NCBI GenBank assembly: GCA_038882955.1
Contig: JAVZNC010000001.1
Location: forward strand, 1-64,000
Length of the DNA stretch: 64,000 nt
Source of the DNA: Candidatus Bathyarchaeia archaeon
GTDB taxonomy: Archaea; Thermoproteota; Bathyarchaeia; Bathyarchaeales; Bathycorpusculaceae
Direction: 5' to 3'
In this document: in pieces, positions 29,215-39,537 of the stretch
How positions within the stretch are numbered: position 1 is the first letter of the stretch
Layout: each line of letters begins with the position of its first letter
Notes under the pieces: generated by a model
What the model saw: only the letters and a program-made list of their open reading frames with translations
What the model was told of the DNA's origin: nothing
Databases searched by the model: none
Program-made: the position numbers and the translations under genes

Positions 29215-29997
29215 CTAAACTAGCAGCTGCTTAATTTTTTCCACACTTTCCATGACATGCTCAACGGATTCGACTATGACAACGCCGTTAAATTTCGCTT
29301 TCTTTAGCAAGTTTGCAAACTTTTCCCAGTTTACTGTGCCATAGCCTACTCCTAGATGCTGGTCTTCTCGTCCATTATTGTCGTGGACATGCACATGCAC
29401 TATTTTGTCCGCAAAGCTTGTCAGAAACTGTTCTATTTGCCCATTTAGGTTTGCGTGTCCAACATCCAAAGCCAAGCCTATAGGCTCGCCTATTTCACTG
29501 TAAAATTTTTCAAATTCTGCTGTGCCCTTCATTAGGAATGGGTATGGTTCTGGCACATTCTCTATAGCTATTTTTACGCCATAATCATCCGCAATCTTTA
29601 AAAGAAGCCTTGCAGTCTCGCGGTTTTGAGCCCGATCAGCGTTTGGGTAGAACATGCTAATGCCGGTCTTCAGCCCTGGATGAAAAATCCACATGTAAGC
29701 GTCTAGGCTGTTCGCGTTGGCAATTGATTTTTCCAGTCTCTTAAGCATGGCTTTCAGCATAAAATTGGATGGTGAAGCAATGTTTATGTCCGCGAATGGC
29801 GCATGAATTGAGTACTTTAGACCGTAGTATTCTCCCAAATTTTTTAAGGCTGACACTTTTCGGTTATCTAACGCGTGAAGTCCGTCATCGACAACCTCTA
29901 CGTAGCGCACTTTTGACTCAACTATTCTTTTGGTCATTTGCGCGAAAGGTTTACCTAAACAGTGTAGAGTGGACAAGCCTACTTTTGGTTCCGCCAT
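29215..29997 (-). CDS. sugar phosphate isomerase/epimerase (AP endonuclease 2 TIM barrel)
   Basis: HAPFADINIAS, IEN, LDVGH, HVHDN.G.EDQH. Confidence 0.85.
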   Translation of the reverse strand: MAEPKVGLSTLHCLGKPFAQMTKRIVESKVRYVEVVDDGLHALDNRKVSALKNLGEYYGLKYSIHAPFADINIASPSNFMLKAMLKRLEKSIANANSLDAYMWIFHPGLKTGISMFYPNADRAQNRETARLLLKIADDYGVKIAIENVPEPYPFLMKGTAEFEKFYSEIGEPIGLALDVGHANLNGQIEQFLTSFADKIVHVHVHDNNGREDQHLGVGYGTVNWEKFANLLKKAKFNGVVIVESVEHVMESVEKIKQLLV

Positions 29998-30201
29998 ATT
30001 TGTCCAGCCAAACCTTAGTTCGGTCTCTTTATTGGAGTTTCTTTCTTATAACGCTATTTTTGGAAAAGTGAACATTCCTATTCCGATTTTTATTCTGAAT
30101 ACGAAAGTTTAGTCCTAATTTATACTCCACATTCATACAAGTTAAATGCCTAAAAGCCAGAAAATCCACTTAGCGTAGCCAGTTTGTGACGGAAGCAAGA
30201 A

Positions 30202-32187
30202 ATGTCAAGAGAAATTAATGCTACAGACGAGTTCACAGAGCATTTAATAAGCGAAAGTGGATTTCGCAGTCTGATTGAAAACGCAGCTGTGGCTGTTGGT
30301 ATCACAGATACTAGAGGGCGTTTCGTGTATGTTAATAGGGCTTTGACTGATTTGTTGGGTTATTCTGCCGAGGAGATGCTTGGTCGCCCATTCAAGTTCT
30401 TCCTACATCCAGAAGACAGAGCCAAAATAACACGCTCATTCTTCAGAATTGTGGTTCTACGTAGGCAGCCAAGACATTTGGAGTTTAGGGCTTTACGCAA
30501 GGATGGGGCAGTTGTATATTTATGGTCGAAACCCACGCGCTTTGTTGTTAATGGCAAAACTGTTGGTTTTCAAGCAATAATAGTGGACATAACAAAGCTT
30601 AAGGAAATTGAAAGGAAGCTAACTGAAACTAACAGAAGGCTTGAAACCATTTTTGAAACGGCGTCTGAAGGCATAATGACCGTTGATGAAAACGAGAACA
30701 TAACTTTCGTAAATCATGCGTTCGCTAGGATGCTTGGCTACAACGAACACAAGCTTGTTGGAGTGAATCTACGAAAATTTGTTGATGAAAAAGGCTTCCA
30801 AAAGATAATGAGGCAGACACAAATCAGAAAGCACGGAAGAATTAGCCGCTACGAAATAATCCTATACACTAAGGATGGCAAACCACGCGTCCTTCAGGTT
30901 TCAGCATCACCATTATGGAATGAGAAGGGCGAGTATAGAGGCGCTATAAGTGTCGTAATGGATGTTACCGAACGCAGGAAAATGGAGGAGAGACTCAAGG
31001 AATCTGAAGAGAGACTTAAACGCCTAATAGAATATGCACCAGACGCCATCTACATAAACGATTTAGAAGGCAGATTTATTGACGGAAACAAGCAGGCAGA
31101 AGCCCTAATAGGCTATAGAAAAGAGGAGCTTGTTGGAAAAAGCTTCTTTGAAGCTGGAATTTTTCCGAGAGAATATCTGTCCAAAGTTAGAGAGGCAATG
31201 GCAAAGAACATGCGTGGAGAAAAGTACGGTCCAGAAGAATTTGAGCTGATAAGAAAAGATGGTGAAAGAGTTTTTGTTGAAGTATCATCGTTTCCAGTGT
31301 CCAGCAGCGGAAAGATTGAGGTTATGGGCATTGTTAGAGATATAACTGAGCGGAAGCAGATGCAGAAAAAGCTGGAGGAGTACACCCAGCATCTTGAAGA
31401 ACTTGTGGAACAAAGAACCAAAGCGCTGAAAGAAGCCCAAGAACAACTCATAAGGGCTGAAAGGCTTGCCGCCATTGGACAGGTTGCAGCTATGGTTGGA
31501 CATGACCTTCGAAACCCACTGACTGGTATAAACAGTGCAGTTTACTATCTGAAGAATAAGTTGGCTACGCGCGCTGATAAGAAACTCATGGATATGCTGA
31601 AGCTTATTGAGGAAAGCGTGGAACACGCAAACAGCATAATCGCAGACCTTATGGAATATTCGCGTGAAATAAAACTGGAGTTAACGGAAACAACTCCAAA
31701 GGCACTGGCGCAAGAAGCGTTGTCAATCGTTCACATTCCAGACAAAATACAAGTTGCAAATTTGACGCAAGACAGCCCGAAAATGGAGGTTGACACTGAA
31801 AAAATGAAGAGGGTCCTTGTTAACATCATTAAAAATGCTGTAGATGCCATGCCAAACGGCGGCAAACTCACAATAGCATCGAAGGAAGTGGATGGAAACG
31901 TGGAGATATCTTTCGCTGACACTGGGAAAGGCATGACAAAGGAAGTTATGGACAAAATTTGGACGCCATTTTTCACGACGAAGTCGAGGGGTATGGGTTT
32001 AGGCTTACCAATTTGTAAACGTATTGTGGAAGCGCACGGCGGCAAAATTTCGGTAAAAAGTGCGGTTAATGAAGGAACAACTTTCACGGTGACTGTTCCA
32101 ATCAAGCTAAAAAGCGAAAGAGAAGGGGGTGAAAAAGTTTGGTTAGGCGTGCCAGAATACTTGTCGTCGACGATGACGAAAGCATAA
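30202..32187 (+). CDS. triple-PAS sensor histidine kinase
   Basis: Three PAS/PAC repeats, HDLRNPL, NAVDA, DTGKG, FFTTK..GMGLGL. Confidence 0.93.
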   Translation: MSREINATDEFTEHLISESGFRSLIENAAVAVGITDTRGRFVYVNRALTDLLGYSAEEMLGRPFKFFLHPEDRAKITRSFFRIVVLRRQPRHLEFRALRKDGAVVYLWSKPTRFVVNGKTVGFQAIIVDITKLKEIERKLTETNRRLETIFETASEGIMTVDENENITFVNHAFARMLGYNEHKLVGVNLRKFVDEKGFQKIMRQTQIRKHGRISRYEIILYTKDGKPRVLQVSASPLWNEKGEYRGAISVVMDVTERRKMEERLKESEERLKRLIEYAPDAIYINDLEGRFIDGNKQAEALIGYRKEELVGKSFFEAGIFPREYLSKVREAMAKNMRGEKYGPEEFELIRKDGERVFVEVSSFPVSSSGKIEVMGIVRDITERKQMQKKLEEYTQHLEELVEQRTKALKEAQEQLIRAERLAAIGQVAAMVGHDLRNPLTGINSAVYYLKNKLATRADKKLMDMLKLIEESVEHANSIIADLMEYSREIKLELTETTPKALAQEALSIVHIPDKIQVANLTQDSPKMEVDTEKMKRVLVNIIKNAVDAMPNGGKLTIASKEVDGNVEISFADTGKGMTKEVMDKIWTPFFTTKSRGMGLGLPICKRIVEAHGGKISVKSAVNEGTTFTVTVPIKLKSEREGGEKVWLGVPEYLSSTMTKA

Positions 32188-32597
32188 GAAAAGTCCTAAA
32201 AACCGTGCTGGAAGACGATGGATACATTGTTGATACTGCCGCAAGCGGAAAGGAAGCCATAAGGAAATCCTATAGAAACTTCTACAATTTGGCTTTGATT
32301 GACATTAGGCTGCAAGACATGGAAGGTGTAAAACTTCTGCAAAAGTTGAAAGATACCGTGCCAAAAATGCGCAAAGTAATGGTTACGGGGTATCCAACGC
32401 TTCGAAGCGCAATCGAAGCCTTAAACAAAGGCGCAGACGGTTACGTTGTAAAGCCATTTGATATGAAAGAGCTTTTGGCGACTATAAAGGAGCAACTGAT
32501 AAAGCAAGAGGAAGAGAAAAAGTACAGTCAAGAGAAAGTTAAAGAGTTTATTGAAACACGAGTAAGAGAGCTTGAGGAGAAAAAAGTGTCAAATTAA
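32139..32597 (+). CDS. response regulator (receiver domain)
   Basis: ILVVDDD, LIDIRL, VTGY, KPF. Confidence 0.92.
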   Translation: MVRRARILVVDDDESIRKVLKTVLEDDGYIVDTAASGKEAIRKSYRNFYNLALIDIRLQDMEGVKLLQKLKDTVPKMRKVMVTGYPTLRSAIEALNKGADGYVVKPFDMKELLATIKEQLIKQEEEKKYSQEKVKEFIETRVRELEEKKVSN

Positions 32598-32672
32598 ACT
32601 TTTAGTTTCAAACTTTCGTGAAAATTCCACAAGTTATAAAAGGAATTGGCCATAAATCATAACCGATGCGCC

Positions 32673-34318
32673 ATGAAAAGAAAATTTTTGTTAACTCTAA
32701 GCATTTTTGTTTTGCTCTTTACAACGCTATCTTTTAGGCTTAACATCGCTGAAGTGAAAGCTATGGATGGAATAGACCCTTCAAAAATTTATGGAATAAT
32801 TATGCTTTGGAACAATTCTATGAGCGTGTATGACGTGAAAGTGTCAGACGATGGCAAATACATAGCAGCTGTGAATGAGACTGGCTTATACTATTTTGCA
32901 TGGAACGATTCAACTCCCAAATGGTGGTATTCTGGAACAACATTCCTTTCAGTCGCAATATCTGGCGATGGCGAATACGTGGTTGCAGGCGACAACAGCG
33001 GACGCTTAAGCTACTTTAACAATTCCCGTGCAATAACTGGCGAACGCTCAACCCCAACATGGACAAGCAGAGATCTTTGGGGTCAAGTTGAAAGAGGCAC
33101 TTTGGACATGTCTTATGATGGCGAGTATGTAGTTGTTGGCGGAACTGGCATAACATTATATTACTTTGCTGGATGCACAACTAGGTCGGGCACTGATGAA
33201 AGCGAAACTTGGTTGACAGGTTTTGGCGTATATGATTTTCGCGCTGTAAAAATATCACCGAATGGCGAATATGTTGCTGCAGGCGGGAGCGGCTATACTA
33301 ATGGCTTTGTTGTTTTTTATAAAGATGCAACTACCGCCAGTGGAACTTGTACTCCACAGTGGGTTTCTTATTCAATAAGTGCTCCAGTGGTAGATTTGGC
33401 ATTGTCAGATGATGGTTACTCTGTTGCTGCGGTAGACGTAGGAATAGAAGTTCTTGAGGAACCAACAACCCTTTGCTATTGGGCAAATGCCACAAACCTT
33501 TCTGGAGAACCAGACCCTACGTGGACTAGAAATGTAGCGTTCCTTTGTGTGGATATGAGCTATAATGGCGCCGAAGTTATAGCCGGCACTTCCCCTGTGG
33601 GTCCATGCGGCTTGCACTTTTGGGCTATGACCAAATTGAAAACTGGACTAGACGTGAAGGTGAAATTGTATGGGATGTTGCTATCAGCAGCAATGGCGGT
33701 CTAATCGCTGCAGCTGCTCAAGCCCCAGATGAGTCCAATAATACGGCTTACTTCTTTAAATCTGATGGCACCATGATTGCCAACTTTGACTTACCTCAAT
33801 TTAGTCCATTAATTTCCATGTCTGGAGACGGCATGATAACTGCCGTGGCGGGTCCGGGCTATGACAGCCTTTATGTTTTTCAAACAGTGGTGGATATAAC
33901 TCCGCCTTCAATAGAAAACGTGTATCAGCAACCAGCCAACGACAGCGTTTACCCAGAAGATGATGTTATTGTTTACGCCGAGGTCACCGATGACCTTAGT
34001 GGAGTAAAGCAGGTTATTCTAAACTACACTTACACTAATAGCACGGGAACATGGAATGAAACGGCTATTATGGAAAAGTTTGAAGGAAACCTCTACAGCG
34101 GCACGATTCGAGCCCTACCGTTCTGCACAAACGTGACATACGTGATAATAGCAGAAGACAACTTCAACAACATAATTACAACCGCAGAAATGGGACAAGA
34201 ATACAAATACCATGTAATTCCAGAATTTTCAACGCAGTTGATTCTTCCATTATTCACCGCAGCAACGATACTAGCAGCGGCAATCAGCAAGAAAAAACTC
34301 TTCAAAAAGCAAAATTGA
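32673..34318 (+). pseudogene. secreted beta-propeller surface protein with PEF-type sorting signal, split by a frameshift near 33625
   Basis: Repeated VAIS.DG.YVVAG blades continue in ORF 33605-34318, which ends VIPEF-TM-KKKLFKK. Confidence 0.75.
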
Positions 34319-34420
34319 ACAGCAATTTACACCTCCCTTCATTTTTCAATTAAAAGCAAACGCCACATCCCACTCTGTTGGAAAAGTTTATTTCACTGAT
34401 AAGTGTGTTATGAACAAACG

Positions 34421-34474
34421 TTGGCGGATAGGCATCCGCTGGGATGTAACCCTAAAGAAAAGGGGTTGAACCAT
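34421..34474 (+). promoter_or_regulatory. structured 5' leader of rpl15e (candidate r-leader)
   Basis: Hairpins TTGGCGGAT/ATCCGCTGG and AACCCT/GGGGTT between the TATA box (~34387) and ATG 34502. Confidence 0.5.
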
Positions 34475-34501
34475 AAACTAGAAAGGAGGAATGCATTGGA
34501 A

Positions 34502-35077
34502 ATGGCGTACAAGTACATTGCAGAGGCTTGGTCAAAACCAGAAAAATCCTTCGTAGACGAGCTTATGCGCCAGAGGCTAATCGAATGGCGCAGGCAACCA
34601 GCCATAACCCGCGTGGAAAAGCCCACAAGACTGGATAGGGCGAGAAGGCTTGGTTACAAGGCGAAACAAGGCTTCATAATAGTCCGTGTGCGCGTTAGAA
34701 GAGGAGGCTTACGGAAACAGCGTCCAAGGTCTGGAAGAAGACCGAAGCGCATGGGTGTCAAAAAGTTCAAGCCCGCCAAAAGTTTGAGGCTTATAGCCGA
34801 AGAACGCGCTGCAAGGAAGTTCCCAAACCTTGAGGTTCTAAACTCGTATTGGGTGGGCGAGGATGGACGCTCAAAATGGTTTGAAGTCATAATGGTGGAT
34901 CCGCATCACCCAGCAATAAAGGCGGATAAGGACGTGAGCTGGATAACCCAGAAACAGCACAAAAGAAGAGTTTTCAGAGGCTTGACAAGCGCAGGCAAGA
35001 AAGTTAGGGGATTAAGGCTAAAGGGAAAAGGCGCGGAAAAGTTTAGACCAAGCAAGAAGTCGGGCATGGGAGAATAG
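34502..35077 (+). CDS. rpl15e: 50S ribosomal protein eL15
   Basis: [41 protein letters not shown]. Confidence 0.97.
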   Translation: MAYKYIAEAWSKPEKSFVDELMRQRLIEWRRQPAITRVEKPTRLDRARRLGYKAKQGFIIVRVRVRRGGLRKQRPRSGRRPKRMGVKKFKPAKSLRLIAEERAARKFPNLEVLNSYWVGEDGRSKWFEVIMVDPHHPAIKADKDVSWITQKQHKRRVFRGLTSAGKKVRGLRLKGKGAEKFRPSKKSGMGE

Positions 35078-35082
35078 CACCC

Positions 35083-35316
35083 ATGATAGCTTTAAAGCCA
35101 AAGATCTTTAAAAAAGACGGAAAGCAACGTTTAGGAAAGGGTTTCAGCCAAGAAGAATTGAAGAAGGCTGAGTTAAGCCTGAAAGAAGCCTTGAAGCTTG
35201 GAATTCCAGTAGACCCTAGGCGTAGAACAGCGCATCAAGAAAATGTTGAGGCGATTAAAGGTTTTCTGGAAAGCGTAAAGGAGAAGCCGCGTCGCAAAGC
35301 AAAGTCTAAAAGTTAA
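35083..35316 (+). CDS. rpl13e: 50S ribosomal protein eL13
   Basis: RLGKGFSQEELKKA...GIPVDPRRRT..ENV. Confidence 0.9.
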   Translation: MIALKPKIFKKDGKQRLGKGFSQEELKKAELSLKEALKLGIPVDPRRRTAHQENVEAIKGFLESVKEKPRRKAKSKS

Positions 35317-35337
35317 AGGGCGTCTAATCTAGAAGCA

Positions 35338-35796
35338 GTGATAGCGACTTTGCCTTCTAAAAATCCGATAGGATACATTGACATAAGGGTGTTTGCACAC
35401 GCCACAGAAGACCCAGAAAAAGTTCTCACGGCAGTGCGCAACATGCTCCCACCAGAAACGCTGGATGCGGGCACATTTAAAAAGTCAAATTTAGCTGGGC
35501 ATCATGGAAACCCAATAATACTGTTTGAAGCGCGAGTTAAAGACAAGAGCGCAGTTCAAGCGATTTTTGATAGGATTGCTGCGAGGCTAGGCATTATGGA
35601 TAAGGAGATGCTGAACAGCGAAATTGAAAGCCATTTGGAGAGGGGAAACCTCTATCTTAGGCTTGATAAGCAATCCGCTTATCTGAACGAGGCGCGAATT
35701 GCGAAAGCTGATGCGATTCACTTTAAGATACACTTCAAAAAGGAGAAGCCGGAGGAAGTAGTTGAAATTTGCAGAAAGTTTGGGTTGCTTCCATGA
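35338..35796 (+). CDS. exosome-associated RNA-binding protein (COG1325/DUF54)
   Basis: HATEDPEKV, GHHGNPI, LYLRLDKQ. Confidence 0.85.
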   Translation: MIATLPSKNPIGYIDIRVFAHATEDPEKVLTAVRNMLPPETLDAGTFKKSNLAGHHGNPIILFEARVKDKSAVQAIFDRIAARLGIMDKEMLNSEIESHLERGNLYLRLDKQSAYLNEARIAKADAIHFKIHFKKEKPEEVVEICRKFGLLP

Positions 35797-36527
35797 AAAA
35801 GGCGTATGCGGACTTGCATTTGCTTCCAAACCCTAGGGATTTAAAACTGGTTTCGCGCATTGTGAGTAAGGCATCTGCACTTGGATACAAGGTTATAGGC
35901 ATATCATTGCCACAAAATTTTGGACAAGAAGAAATTCAAAAATTGAAAAATTTGTGCGCAGAAAACAAAATTGACTTTGTTTCTCGTGTGGATTTGAAGC
36001 TGCGAAGCCCAAAAGAGCTAATCAGAGACCTGAGAAAAATGCGGAGAAAATTCGAGTTAATAGCCGTACTATGCGAGTCAAAAAGCGTTGCAAGACAAGC
36101 AGCGAAAGATAGGCGCGTAGACCTTCTAAACTTTCCGTCAACAGACTTTCGCAAAAGATTCTTTGATAGGGCAGAGGCAGAATTAGCTTCGAACGCGTTG
36201 GCATCGCTAGAAATAGACGTTAAGCCTCTACTCACGCTTGAGGGACTCGCAAGAGTAAGGCTCATACACAACATTAGAAGAGAAGCCGCAACCGCCACCA
36301 AGTACGGTGTTCCCATAGTGATTTCGAGCGGCGTAGCAGACGAACGGCTAATGCGAAAACCGATGGAGCAAGCCTCTTTGGCTTTTCTCTTCGACTTGGA
36401 CGAGGCAGCAGCCTTAAAGGCGGTTTCAAAAAACCCAATAGCAATAGTAAAAAAGAATAGGGAGAAACTTAGTCCAAAGTTTGTTGCGCCTGGAATAAGG
36501 GTCATTCGGAAGGGGAAAGATTGCTGA
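35793..36527 (+). CDS. rnp3: RNase P protein Rpp30
   Basis: YADLH, RQAAKDRRVDLL, IVISSG; gene context. Confidence 0.85.
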   Translation: MKKAYADLHLLPNPRDLKLVSRIVSKASALGYKVIGISLPQNFGQEEIQKLKNLCAENKIDFVSRVDLKLRSPKELIRDLRKMRRKFELIAVLCESKSVARQAAKDRRVDLLNFPSTDFRKRFFDRAEAELASNALASLEIDVKPLLTLEGLARVRLIHNIRREAATATKYGVPIVISSGVADERLMRKPMEQASLAFLFDLDEAAALKAVSKNPIAIVKKNREKLSPKFVAPGIRVIRKGKDC

Positions 36528-36841
36528 AGAAGGTGAAGAGGCGCTATTTGGCGCTTAAAATAGATTCTACGGAAAAAATCGGCTCAAAAGAGTTTATCGA
36601 CAGCGTCTGGAACGCAGTGTTGAAGCTTTATGGAGAGTATGGCGCAAGCCATACAGGCTTGACGTTAATAAGCTATGATGATGAGCAGCAATTAGCGGTT
36701 ATACGCGTAGCGCATGCTGCCCTAAAAATGGTTAGAGCAGCAATAGCAACAATAACAAGAATAGGCGAGAAACCAGCAACCATCCACATCCTAACAGTTT
36801 CAGGAACAATAAAAACACTAAACAAAAAAATAGGAACATAA
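36521..36841 (+). CDS. rnp2: RNase P protein Pop5/Rpp14
   Basis: KRRYL, LYGEYG, VSGTIK. Confidence 0.9.
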   Translation: MLKKVKRRYLALKIDSTEKIGSKEFIDSVWNAVLKLYGEYGASHTGLTLISYDDEQQLAVIRVAHAALKMVRAAIATITRIGEKPATIHILTVSGTIKTLNKKIGT

Positions 36842-36865
36842 GCTGAATAATAGCTTACTTTTGCT

Positions 36866-37000
36866 CATCAATTGGAACCTTTCCACCAGTATAAAACTTT
36901 CCTTCCTTGCTTTGAAGAGTCAACAAGGCCTTCTCTCACTAGCTTTTCTAACGCAAGTCTCACTCTCGTGTATTGACTTGGGGCTCCTTTTGGCCAATCT
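36866..37000 (-). pseudogene. wHTH C-terminal remnant
   Basis: Frame reads SQYTRVRLALEKLVREGLVDSSKQGRKVLYWWKG* with upstream stops; ends approximate. Confidence 0.4.
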
Positions 37001-37235
37001 TATATGCTCTGCTAGGTGTATTATCACCATATTATCTCCTATATTATCACTATTTGTTTACTATTAAAAGAGAAATAGAGGTAGCTAATGGGCGGTTTAG
37101 TGAAAGGGGGCTCTAAATAATTCGGAATTAGTGTGGGAATGGGATACTGGAATGGATAAAATGGTGGTTTAGGGTCGGAGCTTGAGCGAACATCTTATAT
37201 TTTGATAATTTAATGCTAATATTTGTGGTTATACT

Positions 37236-37622
37236 GTGGAACTTACCGAGAAAGAAAGGCTAATGCTGGTTGAAAAGAAAGAGGAAATTAGAAGATTAAC
37301 AACTGAAATTTTGGGAATGGCGTCTAATCCAAAAAACGAGTTGGAAATCAAAAAAGGATTTACTAGCATTTTAGCACATTTGAATACTATCGCGTCTTAT
37401 TCTGACTGTCAGAATTACGATTTAGATAGATTAACGTCTGCTATAAACGCTTTATTTATCACCATGCGTCGTGAAGAAAGAGCGAATGTCTGGGTTGTCT
37501 CCCCATTGTATATCGAGGTAACTTGCAATCACATAAATTCCATTAGATTCAATTTCACAAAAAGAGACGTAAAGATACATCTGCCTAAAATAGACATTTC
37601 GATATTCAGAACTAATAAATAG
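37236..37622 (+). CDS. hypothetical protein
   Basis: 128-aa ORF, GTG start after a TATA-like box. Confidence 0.6.
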   Translation: MELTEKERLMLVEKKEEIRRLTTEILGMASNPKNELEIKKGFTSILAHLNTIASYSDCQNYDLDRLTSAINALFITMRREERANVWVVSPLYIEVTCNHINSIRFNFTKRDVKIHLPKIDISIFRTNK

Positions 37623-37712
37623 GTAGAGCATTAAAATCTTTATTTGTAAATAGCTGATGCTTGTTACGATACGAAAGGTGGGAAACGTAAGAAATTATGA
37701 AAAGTGATAATC

Positions 37713-38117
37713 ATGGAAAAACCGCTAGGTAAAGAAGAACAAAAGGCGTATTTGCATAGTAAAATAGGAGAATCAGTCAATTTTAAGTACCCAGAACCCC
37801 CGTACCTTTTGAAAGGTAAGTTACTGGACAGATATGCAATTTCTTTGGGATATGGAGACGAATGGGTAGATTATTAGATGATTGTAGACATTATTAAGTT
37901 TGAAGGTGAGACTGAGGACTGGCTAAGGATAACTTACTATAGGTACAAGAAGAAAGAAATGAGATGGGTTTTTGCGGGTCAAACAGCATTGGCGATGCCA
38001 ATAAGTGGTTTCCGTGAATTATTCATCAAGGTAATAAAAGAGAAAGAATGGATTAGACCGCTTTTCAAAGAAATCTACAAACAATGTTTAAACGAGTTAA
38101 ATATAGAAAACTTATAG
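37713..38117 (+). pseudogene. hypothetical protein with in-frame TAG at 37875-37877
   Basis: ATG 37713 gives MEKPLGKEEQKAYLHSKIG...WVDY*, in frame with ORF 37878-38117. Confidence 0.6.
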
Positions 38118-38230
38118 CTGAACCAAAAGAACTAATCAGAATCAGAGAATTGCATAGGCTCTTTTTGAGAACAGAGCAAAAGTTTAAAATTTTATATAGA
38201 AAACTGCCTATTAACTGGATGAGAATTAAA

Positions 38231-38524
38231 ATGAGTAAAGAACTTGAACTTAAACCATTGCTAAAGAAACTAGACGACCTAGCCAATAAAATAGACACGT
38301 TAATCATGGTCACAGCAGTTACACATCAGAGTCAAAAACTTTTAGAAGGCAAATCGCAGAAAGAGCAGATTAAAATTCTTGCTGAAAGAAAGCTTCCGAG
38401 AGACGTAATCGCGTTGATAGTCGGCACCAAACCAGAAGTTGTAAGTGTTAGGTTAAGCGAATTAAAGAGTAAGTCTGGTAAACCAAAGGAAAAACCACAA
38501 AAACAAGTAGAAGAGGCTCAATAA
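38231..38524 (+). CDS. small coiled-coil + HTH protein
   Basis: LDDLANKIDTLI...LPRDVIALIVGTKPEVVSVRLSELK; TTTATATA box at ~38190. Confidence 0.7.
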   Translation: MSKELELKPLLKKLDDLANKIDTLIMVTAVTHQSQKLLEGKSQKEQIKILAERKLPRDVIALIVGTKPEVVSVRLSELKSKSGKPKEKPQKQVEEAQ

Positions 38525-38541
38525 ATAAGAGGATCATTTAA

Positions 38542-38745
38542 ATGAAAACGAAAAAATCCGTTGGAAATAGTGGTTTAAATAAGAAAATTGAAAAGGTAAA
38601 CAAGAAACTGGACATGATAATAGTTATCCTTTTAGCTAAATCTGGTTTTACAAGAAAAGAAGTAGCCGACGTTTTGAAGGTAAGCGAGAAAACCATAGAA
38701 CGAATGCTTCCATTTGAGAAGCTCAAAAAACGGCGTGAAGAATGA
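38542..38745 (+). CDS. small coiled-coil + HTH protein
   Basis: VNKKLDMIIVILL...FTRKEVADVLKVSEKTIERML. Confidence 0.75.
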   Translation: MKTKKSVGNSGLNKKIEKVNKKLDMIIVILLAKSGFTRKEVADVLKVSEKTIERMLPFEKLKKRREE

Positions 38746-39449
38746 AAAAGCCTGAATTAGACCCACGGATTGTTCAAAAAATAAAAAGAAAGGGAAAAAT
38801 TTCTGAAAAAACAATAAGACCAGCTATTTCTAAAATTAGAGGAGACAATCCCTCACTTACACTGAATGCTGCAGCAGAAATATTCGCTAAGAAACATGGT
38901 TTCAGCGTTTCAAGATATCTAAATGACAAGGATAGGGACGCCTTAAAGAGTCTGCAAATAGAAAAAATAAAAGTGCCAGTAGGCAAACCAAAATCAAGAA
39001 AGAAAATTGCAATAATCGCCAATTATGACACTACTGACCCATTACTAAAAGCTCATATTGATGAAATAAACAAAACATATACCTACGGATGTTACACAGC
39101 TACTTTTATTCTCTGTAGGAAAGTTTTAGAAAATTTGATAGTTCATCATATTCTTAGAAAAAAATATCCAGAAAACTCAGAACAGCATAGAAGTAAATAT
39201 TTTGATTTTAATAGAAACAGAAATTTAGATTTCAATAAATTATTGACAAATTTGAGGGAATCATCTAAGGACTTCGGACCAGAGAAAAGTCTTGTTGAAA
39301 GAATCTGTCAGTTGGCGGAGAGATTCAAAGAAGAAGCAAATGAAATGACGCACTCTTTGTATCATATAGCAACAAAGAAAGAGATAGATGAAATACGATT
39401 TCAGTATATACTGGATTTAATTAAAAAACTTGAAAGGACTTTGTCCTAA
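38742..39449 (+). CDS. DUF4145/HEPN-like protein
   Basis: YTATFILCRKVLENLI and KEEANEMTH (degenerate Rx4-6H). Confidence 0.6.
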   Translation: MKKPELDPRIVQKIKRKGKISEKTIRPAISKIRGDNPSLTLNAAAEIFAKKHGFSVSRYLNDKDRDALKSLQIEKIKVPVGKPKSRKKIAIIANYDTTDPLLKAHIDEINKTYTYGCYTATFILCRKVLENLIVHHILRKKYPENSEQHRSKYFDFNRNRNLDFNKLLTNLRESSKDFGPEKSLVERICQLAERFKEEANEMTHSLYHIATKKEIDEIRFQYILDLIKKLERTLS

Positions 39450-39537
39450 ATTTTCTGAGACTTATTTTTATATTATCATCTTAGGCTTTCGTAGGCAGTA
39501 TCCCCATTCAGTTTTAGTTAGTAGTGCATTTGTATAG

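Noticed and set aside
34403-34501. 33-aa N-terminal extension of eL15 in the ORF track
   Set aside because: The conserved start MAYKY is at 34502; the upstream sequence is a structured UTR.
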